Origin: a virus
Direction: 5' to 3' (one strand)
IMG/VR virus record: IMGVR_UViG_3300025646_005060
Span: 9,853 to 73,852 of that record
DNA length: 64,000 bases
Of this stretch, positions 48,098 through 57,693 are shown one piece after another. A model generated the notes under the pieces. The model saw nothing but the letters and a program-made list of their open reading frames with translations, was not told the origin of the DNA and searched no databases. A program made the translations under genes and the position numbers. Each line of letters opens with the position of its first letter. Position 1 is the stretch's first letter.

Positions 48098-51000
48098 TTA
48101 GGTTAAAACAAATGGTTTGACTGGAGATGTTATATCGTTTGGATCAAAATAATTAGAGTCTCTTACTAGGGTGAGAATCATGTAATATGTTCTCGGAGTC
48201 GCGAACATGTGTTGGATTCCCGAAACCATCCAAGTTCCAGAAATTGCCTTATATTGATCTTGCGTATATAAAGGAGCATCATTTTCATTGATGACCGATA
48301 CCAAAGATCCAACATTGACAACCGAATTTGAAGTGACTTTAATTCTGATTTGCTGAGAACTCAACTGAGCAGAATGGGCATTTCTCATGAGTGGAACTTC
48401 ATAAGGTGTTTCCCAGAAAGTCGCATATGTTCTGGTATATGCCAGATATTCATTGAACTTCTCTCCCCACTCTGGACAATTACAACTACATGTAGATTCT
48501 GGATCAGAATACTCACAACCAAGATATTCCTCCCCAAGAACTTCTTCAATCATCGCACATTCATTGATTTCCTTTTCCAGTCTGTACAGTTCCAAATATG
48601 TTGGTTCTGTTTCTGTTGGTTTTACGTTCTGTGCTGGACAGTTACAGTAGTAGTTCGTATTTGGACAACCATCGGAATTTACAATAACTTGATTTGGATT
48701 TGCACAGGAAAGACCTAAATCGTTACATGTACGAAGTCTTGACTTGGCAAATACCACAAATTGTGCTGCAAAGTTACGATCAAAGAATTCGTACTCTGTA
48801 TCCACTGGTGGAGTGATCAATCCATATTCAGTCTCACCACTGAGATCATATTTCCAGAGATCTGTCGCAACCAATCCTGGTCTGTAAAGATTGTAATTTC
48901 CAGCGATATAATTCATCAGAGATTCGTGGAAATAACCTTGTAAGTCGGTTGTGTACGGAGAAATGGAATCTCCATCTTTGCCTTCAATAAAGAATGTAAG
49001 GTCTGGAGCACTGTTTTCCATCAATGCCTTTGTTGTTGGATTGTTGTCCAAGGTCAACCAGGTTTCAAATTCACTTCCATACCAAGTTCTCCAGTAATTT
49101 GGATTGATTGTGAATATTGCCTTGCCACCAAACAAGTCTCTTGCCTTGGTATTTGGAGTCTTGAACATATTCGCAAAACGAATTGGTATGAATAGATTTC
49201 TTGGCACAAACAACGACCACCACGAACGGTGTGGTTTTAACTTACGATAACTGTTTGGAAGAATATAAGATCCTACAACTGACGTTCTATAAAGTGGATC
49301 AAATTGCTTGCCAGAAGAAACCCCGTAGTGGTATAGAGATTCCATCCAGTCTTGAGACTCATTCTCAAAGTAGTATCCACCACCCATGTGGAAATCTAGA
49401 TCATACCCTCCACCATGAAGATCTTCTTGTGCTGGATCGTATGCGTAATATGGATAATCAGTTTCAAATCCAGGTTCAGGCCAAAGATCCATGCCATTGT
49501 AATCTGGTGTTAGATAATCTGCCTTTGACAAAACAGATCCAGTATCGTGATTCCACCAGTTGTAATAATTGCCCTTGTTAATGCCTTGTAATTTGCGATT
49601 GCTTGGAAGATCATCCTTGATCTTCTTTACGGCAACATCAAATCCGTAAGGATCCATTCCAATGACGGCAATATTGTACTTGACACCTTGTCTTCCGAAT
49701 GGACCAGGAGTTACATTCACAAGATATGGCAAGAAGTATTCAATACCAGCATCACGGATGAACGCATTTGGGAAATCCTTAATTGTATCAAGACCGATGG
49801 GCGTATTGAATTCAATTCTGACATAAGAAGAGATTTCTTCCTTCTTGACATTTGCTGGTTTCCTTCCAGTCACATCATAGAAGTTGTAAGTGTCTTTAAA
49901 ATCAGTAAGAGTTCCAGAAAGATCCGATTGTGCCTGTCCATACGAACTATTCAGCAATCTGCTTGCTGGAACTATGTTGTTTGGATTGTGAGAATACAAA
50001 TCAATATGAGCAACACCAGGAACTACTGCTTCATTTCCAGAATACGATGGATAATAATTTCCAGCATTTGCCGTAAATGAAGTATTATCAATAAAGAATG
50101 TAAAGTCATCTGTTCCATCTGCGTCAGTTCTTCCGAACCAAACATGAGGAGATCTTGATGTCACAAATGGTTGAGAATTATACCCCTGATCGTAGTATGG
50201 ATGTGCTGTAGAACCAGCATCTCCTCCGAAGAATATTTCATACAACCACTCTCCCGCAGAAGCACCAGTGATTCCTACCTTGTTTGATAAGAGTTCGTAT
50301 CTACTTCCACGAATTTCTTTTCTTGTTATTTTCTTTACATTCTGAAGAGAAAGAGGTGAATTTATACCAGAAACACCTGTTTGTTCGTTTCTGAATATCG
50401 AAGCACCTGGATTCTTCGAGAAGAAGAAAGCATTTCTCTGATACCACTCTTGATAAGAAGTGTTCCAAGAATTGATAAATTTGCTTGCTATTTCTGATTT
50501 GAGTTTTTCTGTTAATTCAAACTCTACAAGCAACAATTGTTTTTCAACTACTACTGTTCTTCTTAGAGTTTCCAGAGAAACGGGACTGAGACATGTCGTG
50601 TTGTAGCATTGTACATTTTCTAAACATTCTTTGGTCGTGTTTCTAATTTCTTCGTCGGTGATTGCTGGTATCAATCCAGATTCTGATCCATAATCAAAGA
50701 ACGACCAATCCTTGACACCATCATCCCAAAGATATGGAGCAGCGTAATCATATATAGGAGAATACTCAGATGCTGCTTGTCGGTTGATGTGTTTGATGTA
50801 TCCACGAACAACTGGATCGTTTGAGCATTGTGCCAGTAGATTGGGATTTACATAAACCACATCTTCGTCTGTTGGCAATCCAGATGGTCCTGTGGGTCCA
50901 GTTGGTCCTGTGGGTCCAGTTGGTCCAGTTGGACCAGGAGTTCCAGGAACGATTATAACGGTTACGTCGTCATCTACTATACACTCTGAACAATTTTCAA

Positions 51001-53884
51001 CTACAGATCCTAGGAAATCTTGAGTTCCACAAAATCCATTTGGAAGAGGAACACAAACACTCACACCAAATGCCGCAACACTTAAGCAGCAATTTTCAAC
51101 TCCGTCGTCTGGAGTTCCTGGATCGTATGTACATTGTTCTGGATCTTCAATGCTATAACCACGAGCTGGATTTTCTGCTGCCAATGCCGCACATTCTGGA
51201 ATTGGAATAAATGCTGGATAGCTTGGATCTCCTGCTTGTGCTCCACGAATACAACACCATGTACAGTTTTCTGGGTTGGTGTCACAATCGTAACTTTCAC
51301 ATGTCAGGAATCCATTATCATCAATACAAGATGTTCCTGGTCCTTGCCATTGTCCACCAGAACATCCTGCTTCTATTTCTATGCTGCAATTTCCAAAATT
51401 ACCAAATGTACCTTCGCGACAACATGCTCCACCCGCACATGCGTCTTCTGACCATGCTTGTGCGATACTCGCACCTGGTCCAAATGAATAATATCCCTGA
51501 CATCCATACGAATTGTTAGCCCAGTCTGGTGGGTATTGTGGAAGATCATTATATGGTAAATTTCCATTAACTATAGCACCATAATAAGAACATGAACCTT
51601 CTAATATATACGATTCATTCGGATTACCTGTACAATATTGACAACATCCCTCACCGCCTGCAAAATTGGAAAATCTATAGGTGAGTTGATTTCCATTTGG
51701 ATCTTCTCCAAAAACAACAACACCCAATCCTTTGTTTATAGGAATGGCAGTATATGGGACAAGACCGTATTCTTGTTCAGATATAGGCCACTGTCTGGTT
51801 TCGCTTCCAATGAATGGTCCTAGATTTTCTCCTGGGAAAGAATCTCCGACATATCTAAATCCTTGAGAAAGATCAACTGGTCTATAAGAATCCGACTGTT
51901 TGTCAATAGTTGCTTTATCTAGGATCTGTATGGCATTGAATTTATATTGATTTACATTTCCCAAAAATAGATCAATATCATTAATTCTTTTGCTGATCTT
52001 TTGAAGGAGTATATTATAGAGATTTAAAGATCTTTGTAGTGCGTATTTTTTATATGCTGCTGGTGCTTCTGGTCCAACTATATTGAAGAACTGACCAATT
52101 GTTTCATTGTATGGTGCTTTTGTAAGATCATACGAGTATGTTAGACCATACTGATTTGCAGTATTGCCTGGATCGTAGTTGATTAGATCTGTGAAAGATC
52201 CAGCAGCAACGATCTTATATTCGTCTTCTTTGATTGATCCATAGATGCCAGTTGCTCCAAAGAGTGCCTGATATGTAATGCCATCAATTGGTCCTGGGTT
52301 TTCCAGAATTTCTAAATCTTCCTTGGAACCAAGAGGTCCATCGGCATGACAGCAGACGGTACATCTATACGTTTCCCATTTTCGTTTGATGTCTTTTTTC
52401 TCTGCGTATTCTTGTCTTTTCGCTTTAAGTGGAACACGAATCTCTTTGTGTATCTTTTCAAATGTAGAGAATGTAAGGTCTGTCAAATCAAATTGAGGTT
52501 GCCATGCCTTCCTCGACCAAGGAGAACTTGCTCTGTGGTTATATACTTCCCACTTGACTGGATGTGGATTGTTGAGTACTTTTTCGCTAAAGTATCCATA
52601 TATCTCATCATCTACTTTTGAATTCTGTTTGGCAGTTGTGAGTTCGTTGAATGGTGAAGTATCAATATCATCCGAAACTAGTTTATTCTTCTCAATATGC
52701 TCTATTCTGGAGTAATCTCTATGATAATCATAGGTTACGGTTTTCTTGATAAAGCAATCATCGCTACTTGTGAAGTCAATGTAAGGATTAGTATAGTCTG
52801 GATCAATTCTCTCATAATAAGAAAACAAACCACCAGAATCATACAACCACTGAATATTATTTTGACTCAACACTTCGTAGTTGTGAATTCTCTTTGGATT
52901 GTTTTGATCAATCGTAATTAAGAATGTATCGTCAAGTTCTGAATTCTTTTCCTTTAAGATCTTGGAAAGAGATCTGAAGTTCCATCCGTTTCTATCGTGC
53001 CAGCAGTAATAATCTGCATACAGAGTAGGAGCATACAAGTCAAGAACATCAACAAATGACAATACTCCAAGAGGATGTCCATTTGTTCCAGTGCCATCCC
53101 AGGCATACTTTGAGATATAATTGAGCATTTGAGTGATTCTCATTTGCCCTTTTCTCTTCATCCAGGGGTAAGAGACATGATCGTGCTTCAACCATATGCC
53201 ATTCTTGGCAGAGTCAATCTTTCCAATTGGCAATTTATAATATTCAAAAAGAACATTTATAAGTCCAACTTCAGATTCGCCAAACACAAACTCACTTATA
53301 CTTTGTATTGCTGTAGAAATTAATCCCTGATTTCCTTCTTGATCTGTTGCTATTTTTCCAACAAAGTCTTCATTGTCATTGAGAAATGATGTTGTATAGT
53401 TTGGAAGAAATATTTCAGAACTAATGAGATCCAACTTCCAAAGACTATATCTCTCATCCAATGTGGTATAGTCAGTTTGCTTTGCTTCGTTTGTTATATT
53501 TTTTGCAGCATGGATATGAAATCTAAATTCGGTGACATCTTCCGAATCACCAATTTTTACCTTTAAGACTAAAGTGTCTTTTCCATTTAATTTAATTTCA
53601 TTAGTCCAGTTTCTAACATCATACAACACTACAGAACCAGTCATCGGTCCAACAAACAAAGATTCCTCAAATGTCATGGAAACTAAAGGAGAATCTGTAT
53701 ATACTTCAGATTCCCAAGGAATTATTGTGAAGGATGTGTTAAAAAAGAATGAAGATCCAGATTCAATGTATAGTTCTTGAATTCTTGATTCTGCTGGACT
53801 GATTGGATTTGGCAAATCTGGTGTAGGAGTGAAATAATCAGAAATTGCCTGTCCAAGTAATGATGCTAAAGAAAATATAGACAT
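48098..53884 (-). CDS. Giant baseplate hub protein (gp27-like ends) with internal Cys-rich and collagen insertions
   Basis: N-terminal FEESLF..PMTGSVVL.D and FRSLSKI; C-terminal ISGTWMVSGIQH.F.....MILTLVRDS typical of T4-like hub proteins; lies between gp53 and gp25. Confidence 0.6.
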   Translation of the reverse strand: MSIFSLASLLGQAISDYFTPTPDLPNPISPAESRIQELYIESGSSFFFNTSFTIIPWESEVYTDSPLVSMTFEESLFVGPMTGSVVLYDVRNWTNEIKLNGKDTLVLKVKIGDSEDVTEFRFHIHAAKNITNEAKQTDYTTLDERYSLWKLDLISSEIFLPNYTTSFLNDNEDFVGKIATDQEGNQGLISTAIQSISEFVFGESEVGLINVLFEYYKLPIGKIDSAKNGIWLKHDHVSYPWMKRKGQMRITQMLNYISKYAWDGTGTNGHPLGVLSFVDVLDLYAPTLYADYYCWHDRNGWNFRSLSKILKEKNSELDDTFLITIDQNNPKRIHNYEVLSQNNIQWLYDSGGLFSYYERIDPDYTNPYIDFTSSDDCFIKKTVTYDYHRDYSRIEHIEKNKLVSDDIDTSPFNELTTAKQNSKVDDEIYGYFSEKVLNNPHPVKWEVYNHRASSPWSRKAWQPQFDLTDLTFSTFEKIHKEIRVPLKAKRQEYAEKKDIKRKWETYRCTVCCHADGPLGSKEDLEILENPGPIDGITYQALFGATGIYGSIKEDEYKIVAAGSFTDLINYDPGNTANQYGLTYSYDLTKAPYNETIGQFFNIVGPEAPAAYKKYALQRSLNLYNILLQKISKRINDIDLFLGNVNQYKFNAIQILDKATIDKQSDSYRPVDLSQGFRYVGDSFPGENLGPFIGSETRQWPISEQEYGLVPYTAIPINKGLGVVVFGEDPNGNQLTYRFSNFAGGEGCCQYCTGNPNESYILEGSCSYYGAIVNGNLPYNDLPQYPPDWANNSYGCQGYYSFGPGASIAQAWSEDACAGGACCREGTFGNFGNCSIEIEAGCSGGQWQGPGTSCIDDNGFLTCESYDCDTNPENCTWCCIRGAQAGDPSYPAFIPIPECAALAAENPARGYSIEDPEQCTYDPGTPDDGVENCCLSVAAFGVSVCVPLPNGFCGTQDFLGSVVENCSECIVDDDVTVIIVPGTPGPTGPTGPTGPTGPTGPSGLPTDEDVVYVNPNLLAQCSNDPVVRGYIKHINRQAASEYSPIYDYAAPYLWDDGVKDWSFFDYGSESGLIPAITDEEIRNTTKECLENVQCYNTTCLSPVSLETLRRTVVVEKQLLLVEFELTEKLKSEIASKFINSWNTSYQEWYQRNAFFFSKNPGASIFRNEQTGVSGINSPLSLQNVKKITRKEIRGSRYELLSNKVGITGASAGEWLYEIFFGGDAGSTAHPYYDQGYNSQPFVTSRSPHVWFGRTDADGTDDFTFFIDNTSFTANAGNYYPSYSGNEAVVPGVAHIDLYSHNPNNIVPASRLLNSSYGQAQSDLSGTLTDFKDTYNFYDVTGRKPANVKKEEISSYVRIEFNTPIGLDTIKDFPNAFIRDAGIEYFLPYLVNVTPGPFGRQGVKYNIAVIGMDPYGFDVAVKKIKDDLPSNRKLQGINKGNYYNWWNHDTGSVLSKADYLTPDYNGMDLWPEPGFETDYPYYAYDPAQEDLHGGGYDLDFHMGGGYYFENESQDWMESLYHYGVSSGKQFDPLYRTSVVGSYILPNSYRKLKPHRSWWSLFVPRNLFIPIRFANMFKTPNTKARDLFGGKAIFTINPNYWRTWYGSEFETWLTLDNNPTTKALMENSAPDLTFFIEGKDGDSISPYTTDLQGYFHESLMNYIAGNYNLYRPGLVATDLWKYDLSGETEYGLITPPVDTEYEFFDRNFAAQFVVFAKSRLRTCNDLGLSCANPNQVIVNSDGCPNTNYYCNCPAQNVKPTETEPTYLELYRLEKEINECAMIEEVLGEEYLGCEYSDPESTCSCNCPEWGEKFNEYLAYTRTYATFWETPYEVPLMRNAHSAQLSSQQIRIKVTSNSVVNVGSLVSVINENDAPLYTQDQYKAISGTWMVSGIQHMFATPRTYYMILTLVRDSNYFDPNDITSPVKPFVLT
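50881..50948. repeat. Collagen-like (GPT)n repeat inside the giant hub gene
   Basis: ggtcctgtgggtccagtt tandem units; protein PGTPGPTGPTGPTGPTGPTGPSG. Confidence 0.9.
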
Positions 53885-53886
53885 AA

Positions 53887-54852
53887 TTAAACTAGTACCT
53901 TAAATGATCTACCTATCTGATTTGTTTCCAATGCCGTCTGAATAGTCGCCATTACACTATTTAGATAATCTGCCTTGAGTACTTTGATCTTTTGACTTTC
54001 AAATCTGGAAACGACTAATTCTTCGCTTAGATATTTGTATCGTATATTTGTCGTAGTTGGCGATCCATCATTTGTCACATAATCATAAAGAACAGTATCC
54101 GAGAAGTTGGAGGTAACTGCATCAGTTGGATCTGTATATGTTTCAGATGGATCTAAAGAGTTTATAGTCAGTGTACTCAATGATACGATTCTGTACGGAG
54201 ACACTTCAATTTTACCAGCATCTGTTCCCGCAGTAGAAATATAAAAATAAGAAAGACTATTGAGATATGTTTCAGTGTGAAGCACTTCCGCGTAATCTGT
54301 GTCCTGTGGTGTCGATCCAGTGCTTCCGAATGTAATTGGTGTTATCTCTCCGTTAGGAAGTTTTCTGGCAAATGCCACAAGATCTCCAGTACTGATTTCT
54401 CCAGCACCAGATATTCCTCTTATTTTTCTTAAATTCTTATCAAAACTGACAATTTGACGATAATGATCAACATCAACACTGGTAGTAGTCAGATCACTTG
54501 TACCATCTACCTTTATGATGATATCTCCTTCTTGTATGTCTGGCAGATTAGCAATATAGTACGCATCTCCTCCATAATCTCTCTGAAGAGATGCTTCGTA
54601 TTTCTGAGCAGTTGGATACCATTCATTATTGATATCCGCAAAGTTATTACACATCATGACCAACCATGAAAACCCAGGAACACCATAAAACTTAAAAGAA
54701 ACCGATTCTGGTGTCTCTCCCTCTTGTACAAAATAGTCTTCAAACGCATTTCCAGAAACATCTTGAATGGAAATATTTCTAAAAATATCCAATATGGTAA
54801 CTTGTTTACCATTAAGATTGTAAGGAATTGTTTCTAAATTGCTGAATAGCAT
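53887..54852 (-). CDS. gp53: Baseplate wedge subunit (gp53, LysM-like)
   Basis: DIFRN, Y.VQEGETPESVS.KFYG....WLVMMCN...N.EWY, KIKVLK. Confidence 0.88.
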   Translation of the reverse strand: MLFSNLETIPYNLNGKQVTILDIFRNISIQDVSGNAFEDYFVQEGETPESVSFKFYGVPGFSWLVMMCNNFADINNEWYPTAQKYEASLQRDYGGDAYYIANLPDIQEGDIIIKVDGTSDLTTTSVDVDHYRQIVSFDKNLRKIRGISGAGEISTGDLVAFARKLPNGEITPITFGSTGSTPQDTDYAEVLHTETYLNSLSYFYISTAGTDAGKIEVSPYRIVSLSTLTINSLDPSETYTDPTDAVTSNFSDTVLYDYVTNDGSPTTTNIRYKYLSEELVVSRFESQKIKVLKADYLNSVMATIQTALETNQIGRSFKVLV

Positions 54853-55736
54853 TATCGTAATCCTAGTGTTTGAGATCTGCCAGCAGCAATAAGTCCAGAT
54901 CTGCTAGTGATTTGAGAACCACGAAGACGAACAGATGGTTCAAGTTCTGTGAATGCGAGTGATATCGAATATACCATTGGATCTATATCGTTACCAACAC
55001 CTACCACACTGCTGCTTTCTAGTGGTATTCTCTTGGTCTTCACAACGGTTAATACAGAAAGTTGAGGTTGACCCGTCCATGCCTTATTGATCTGCGTGCT
55101 ATTCAGAGAAACGCTGTTTCCAAACGACCAAAGAGGTGGGTGATAAAATTTGGTGTTCGCTATATTTCCCCAAGAAGTTCCTGTTGGAAGCGAATATGCT
55201 TCAAATGCATTTGCTATATCTGCTGCCATTTTTGAATCACTTGATGTAAAACAGGGTAGATTTACCGTCACGTTAAAAGATCTTGATGGACCACCACCAG
55301 CAAATGTCAAATCATACATATCTGGTTCTGGCATAGAAGAACCATATCCCATCTCTTCACTAATAATTTCTCCTTTTTCTTGAATATAAGATCCTATATT
55401 TCCTATAAAATCATCAAAACTTTGTTTAATTCCTCCTAATCCAAACAAAGAAGGAGTAGATGTCACGGCATCTGTAAATTTTTTCTTAAACTCTGGAGCA
55501 GTGGTACTTATGAATGATATTTGTGCTGGGACGACAATATTCAAAAGCATGTTACTCAGGGTTGGTATGTTGAATTCACCAGCACCTCGTTTGGATGCCT
55601 CGAATCTATTCAGAGCATTTTGTGTGTAGGAAAACGCATAAAATCTCATCCATAGTGGAATTTTTGATTTTAGACTTTCTAGGGTTGGAAACAAAAATGA
55701 TTGAGTTGATTCCGTGAATTCAAAGGGGGATGCCAT
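54852..55736 (-). CDS. gp48: Baseplate tail tube cap (gp48-like)
   Basis: F.G...RSFN, P.....I.L.FTELE tube-fold pattern; synteny gp53-gp48-gp4. Confidence 0.65.
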   Translation of the reverse strand: MASPFEFTESTQSFLFPTLESLKSKIPLWMRFYAFSYTQNALNRFEASKRGAGEFNIPTLSNMLLNIVVPAQISFISTTAPEFKKKFTDAVTSTPSLFGLGGIKQSFDDFIGNIGSYIQEKGEIISEEMGYGSSMPEPDMYDLTFAGGGPSRSFNVTVNLPCFTSSDSKMAADIANAFEAYSLPTGTSWGNIANTKFYHPPLWSFGNSVSLNSTQINKAWTGQPQLSVLTVVKTKRIPLESSSVVGVGNDIDPMVYSISLAFTELEPSVRLRGSQITSRSGLIAAGRSQTLGLR

Positions 55737-55759
55737 TTTCTCTCCTAGATATTATTAGC

Positions 55760-56209
55760 ATGGCATATAAGACTCGTTTTTTACCAACTAACACTACAAA
55801 ATATATAGGTGATTGTAATAAGATAATATGTCGTTCTCTCTGGGAACGTAAATTTTGTAAGTTCCTGGACGAAAACGTAAATGTCATTCGTTGGTCATTT
55901 GAAACTCTAAAAATACCATATATTTCTCCAGTTGACAGACAACCACATTTCTACATACCAGATTTTATCGTAGAGAAGAAGAACAAAAAGGGAGAAATTG
56001 AAACACTATTGGTTGAGATCAAACCTTTCAAGCAGACACAAAAACCAAAGACTGGAAAAAGAAAAAGCAAAAAATCAATGATCAATGAAAATATTACATT
56101 TGAGATAAATAAAAGTAAGTGGGAAGCAGCAAAAGAGTTTTGCGAAAAACATTCATGGAAATTTGTCATTCTAACAGAGAAAGAGTTATTCAATGCCTCG
56201 GACAAATAA
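55760..56209 (+). CDS. gp4: Head completion nuclease (gp4, TnsA-like); start at MAYKTRF
   Basis: KYIGD...IICRSLWERKFC, IPYISPVD...H.YIPDF, VEIKP..QT, N.SKWEAA..FC....WKF.ILTEKEL. Confidence 0.95.
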   Translation: MAYKTRFLPTNTTKYIGDCNKIICRSLWERKFCKFLDENVNVIRWSFETLKIPYISPVDRQPHFYIPDFIVEKKNKKGEIETLLVEIKPFKQTQKPKTGKRKSKKSMINENITFEINKSKWEAAKEFCEKHSWKFVILTEKELFNASDK

Positions 56210-56780
56210 TTTAGGTATCGCAAAAACACTCAACGAGTTTAGACAAACTGTAGTCCAAAGAAAAGGACCACAAATTGCTGGCAAGTACGAGGTGGTAATG
56301 GTCACTGGATATGGCGAATCTATATCCTGCTATCCATTGAATGTTGTTCTTCCTGGTAGAACCTACAAATTCTATGAACATGATATCTGGGGACCAAATA
56401 GAAAAATACCAATCAAGAGAGTATATTCTGACTGTAGCATGACATTCATAATATACCAGGACTGGGGTGAAAGATCGTTTCTAGAAAAATGGATGAACCA
56501 TGTGATCAAAAACCAAGACAATACTTCTGTGGGAAGTACCAATCAATCGGATAACCAGTATAATGATTATTTAAAATATGAAAATGTCGGTACTATACAA
56601 GTCAGATTTCTAGCAAGCGATGATCATAATATCACAAATACAAGTGTGGTTCTCAAAGAAGCATATCCTTCCAGTTTAAGTCAAATTACTGTGGGTGCTG
56701 ACGGTTCTTCTTATCCCACATTTAATGTAACGTTTGAATACAACACATATGAATATGACAATTTTAGTTCTACAGTATAA
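56193..56780 (+). CDS. gp54: Baseplate tail tube initiator (gp54-like, tube fold)
   Basis: LPGR, G..RKIP..R.Y....MTF, FLEKWM, L.EAYP, FNVTF.Y. Confidence 0.65.
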   Translation: MPRTNNLGIAKTLNEFRQTVVQRKGPQIAGKYEVVMVTGYGESISCYPLNVVLPGRTYKFYEHDIWGPNRKIPIKRVYSDCSMTFIIYQDWGERSFLEKWMNHVIKNQDNTSVGSTNQSDNQYNDYLKYENVGTIQVRFLASDDHNITNTSVVLKEAYPSSLSQITVGADGSSYPTFNVTFEYNTYEYDNFSSTV

Positions 56781-56791
56781 ATGAGGTTAAT

Positions 56792-57511
56792 ATGAATAAA
56801 TTATTGAAACAATTGCAAAGTGCCTTGCCAAAGTATTCCGTCTCTCTTCCTTCCACGAAGAAAAAACTTAAATTCAGACCATTCACTGTGAAGGAAGAGA
56901 AAGTACTTTTGATCGCAAATTCTACAGCATCGTATGAGGAAATGTTGAACACACTGACAAACGTGATTGACTCTTGCTTTGACTTGGACAGACCGTCATC
57001 AGAATATCCATTCTTTGATATAGAATACTTGTTCTTAAAACTAAGATCAAAATCAGTAAATGAGACAGTAGAACTTACTTTCATATGTCCAGAAACTAAA
57101 GAAAAGATAACAAAAGAAATAAATCTTGATGATATAGAACCAGTATATTCAAAAGACCATAAATGTGAAATTCTTATTGACCCTACAATTAAAGTCAAAA
57201 TGAGATACCCATCATTGGATGACATCATAGATAACGAAAATTTAGATTACTACAACTTACTATTGACGTGTATTGAAAGTATAGAGACGAAAGATGAACT
57301 CATCATTGCCAAGGATTATTCAAAAGAAAATCTAACAGAAATAGTAGACAGTCTCACAAAAACACAATTCAATAAGTTGATTGAATTTTTCAAGACTATG
57401 CCAAGAATTGAAACCGAAGTAGAGTATCAAACATCGGATGAAGTTTCTAGAAAAATTAAATTAAAGGGAATTCGTGATTTTTTTCAGTCTGCCTCAGCCA
57501 CACAAATCTGA
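56792..57511 (+). CDS. gp26: Baseplate hub assembly protein (gp26)
   Basis: LPSTKKKLKFRPFTVKEEKVLL, FDIEYLFLKLRSKSV.E, MRYPS, FFKTMP, L.GI.DFF. Confidence 0.93.
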   Translation: MNKLLKQLQSALPKYSVSLPSTKKKLKFRPFTVKEEKVLLIANSTASYEEMLNTLTNVIDSCFDLDRPSSEYPFFDIEYLFLKLRSKSVNETVELTFICPETKEKITKEINLDDIEPVYSKDHKCEILIDPTIKVKMRYPSLDDIIDNENLDYYNLLLTCIESIETKDELIIAKDYSKENLTEIVDSLTKTQFNKLIEFFKTMPRIETEVEYQTSDEVSRKIKLKGIRDFFQSASATQI

Positions 57512-57693
57512 ACATAGTTCTTAAAATGAACTTTGATCTTGGGTATGTACACAATCAATCTTTGGAATATATTGAAAATATGATACCCTGGGAAAGAGAT
57601 TTGTATGTGGATCAACTGAGGCAGTATGTAGAAGAGCAGAATTTAAAATCACAGCAAGCTGCTGTAGAAAGTAGAAGTTATGGCAGAAGATAA
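57478..57693 (+). CDS. gp51: Baseplate hub assembly catalyst (gp51); first ATG at 57526, open frame begins at the slippery T7 (57478); not in ORF track
   Basis: Manually read: (FFSVCLSHTNLNIVLK)MNFDLGYVHNQSLEYIENMIPWERDLYVDQLRQYVEEQN...GRR*. The ENM.PWER..Y signature is present. Confidence 0.85.
   Translation, partial: FFSVCLSHTNLNIVLKMNFDLGYVHNQSLEYIENMIPWERDLYVDQLRQYVEEQNLKSQQAAVESRSYGRR

Noticed and set aside
55760-56209. Tn7 TnsA transposase / mobile element
   Set aside because: The TnsA-like fold here is the T4 gp4 head-completion nuclease in its usual position; no transposon ends or TnsB/C.
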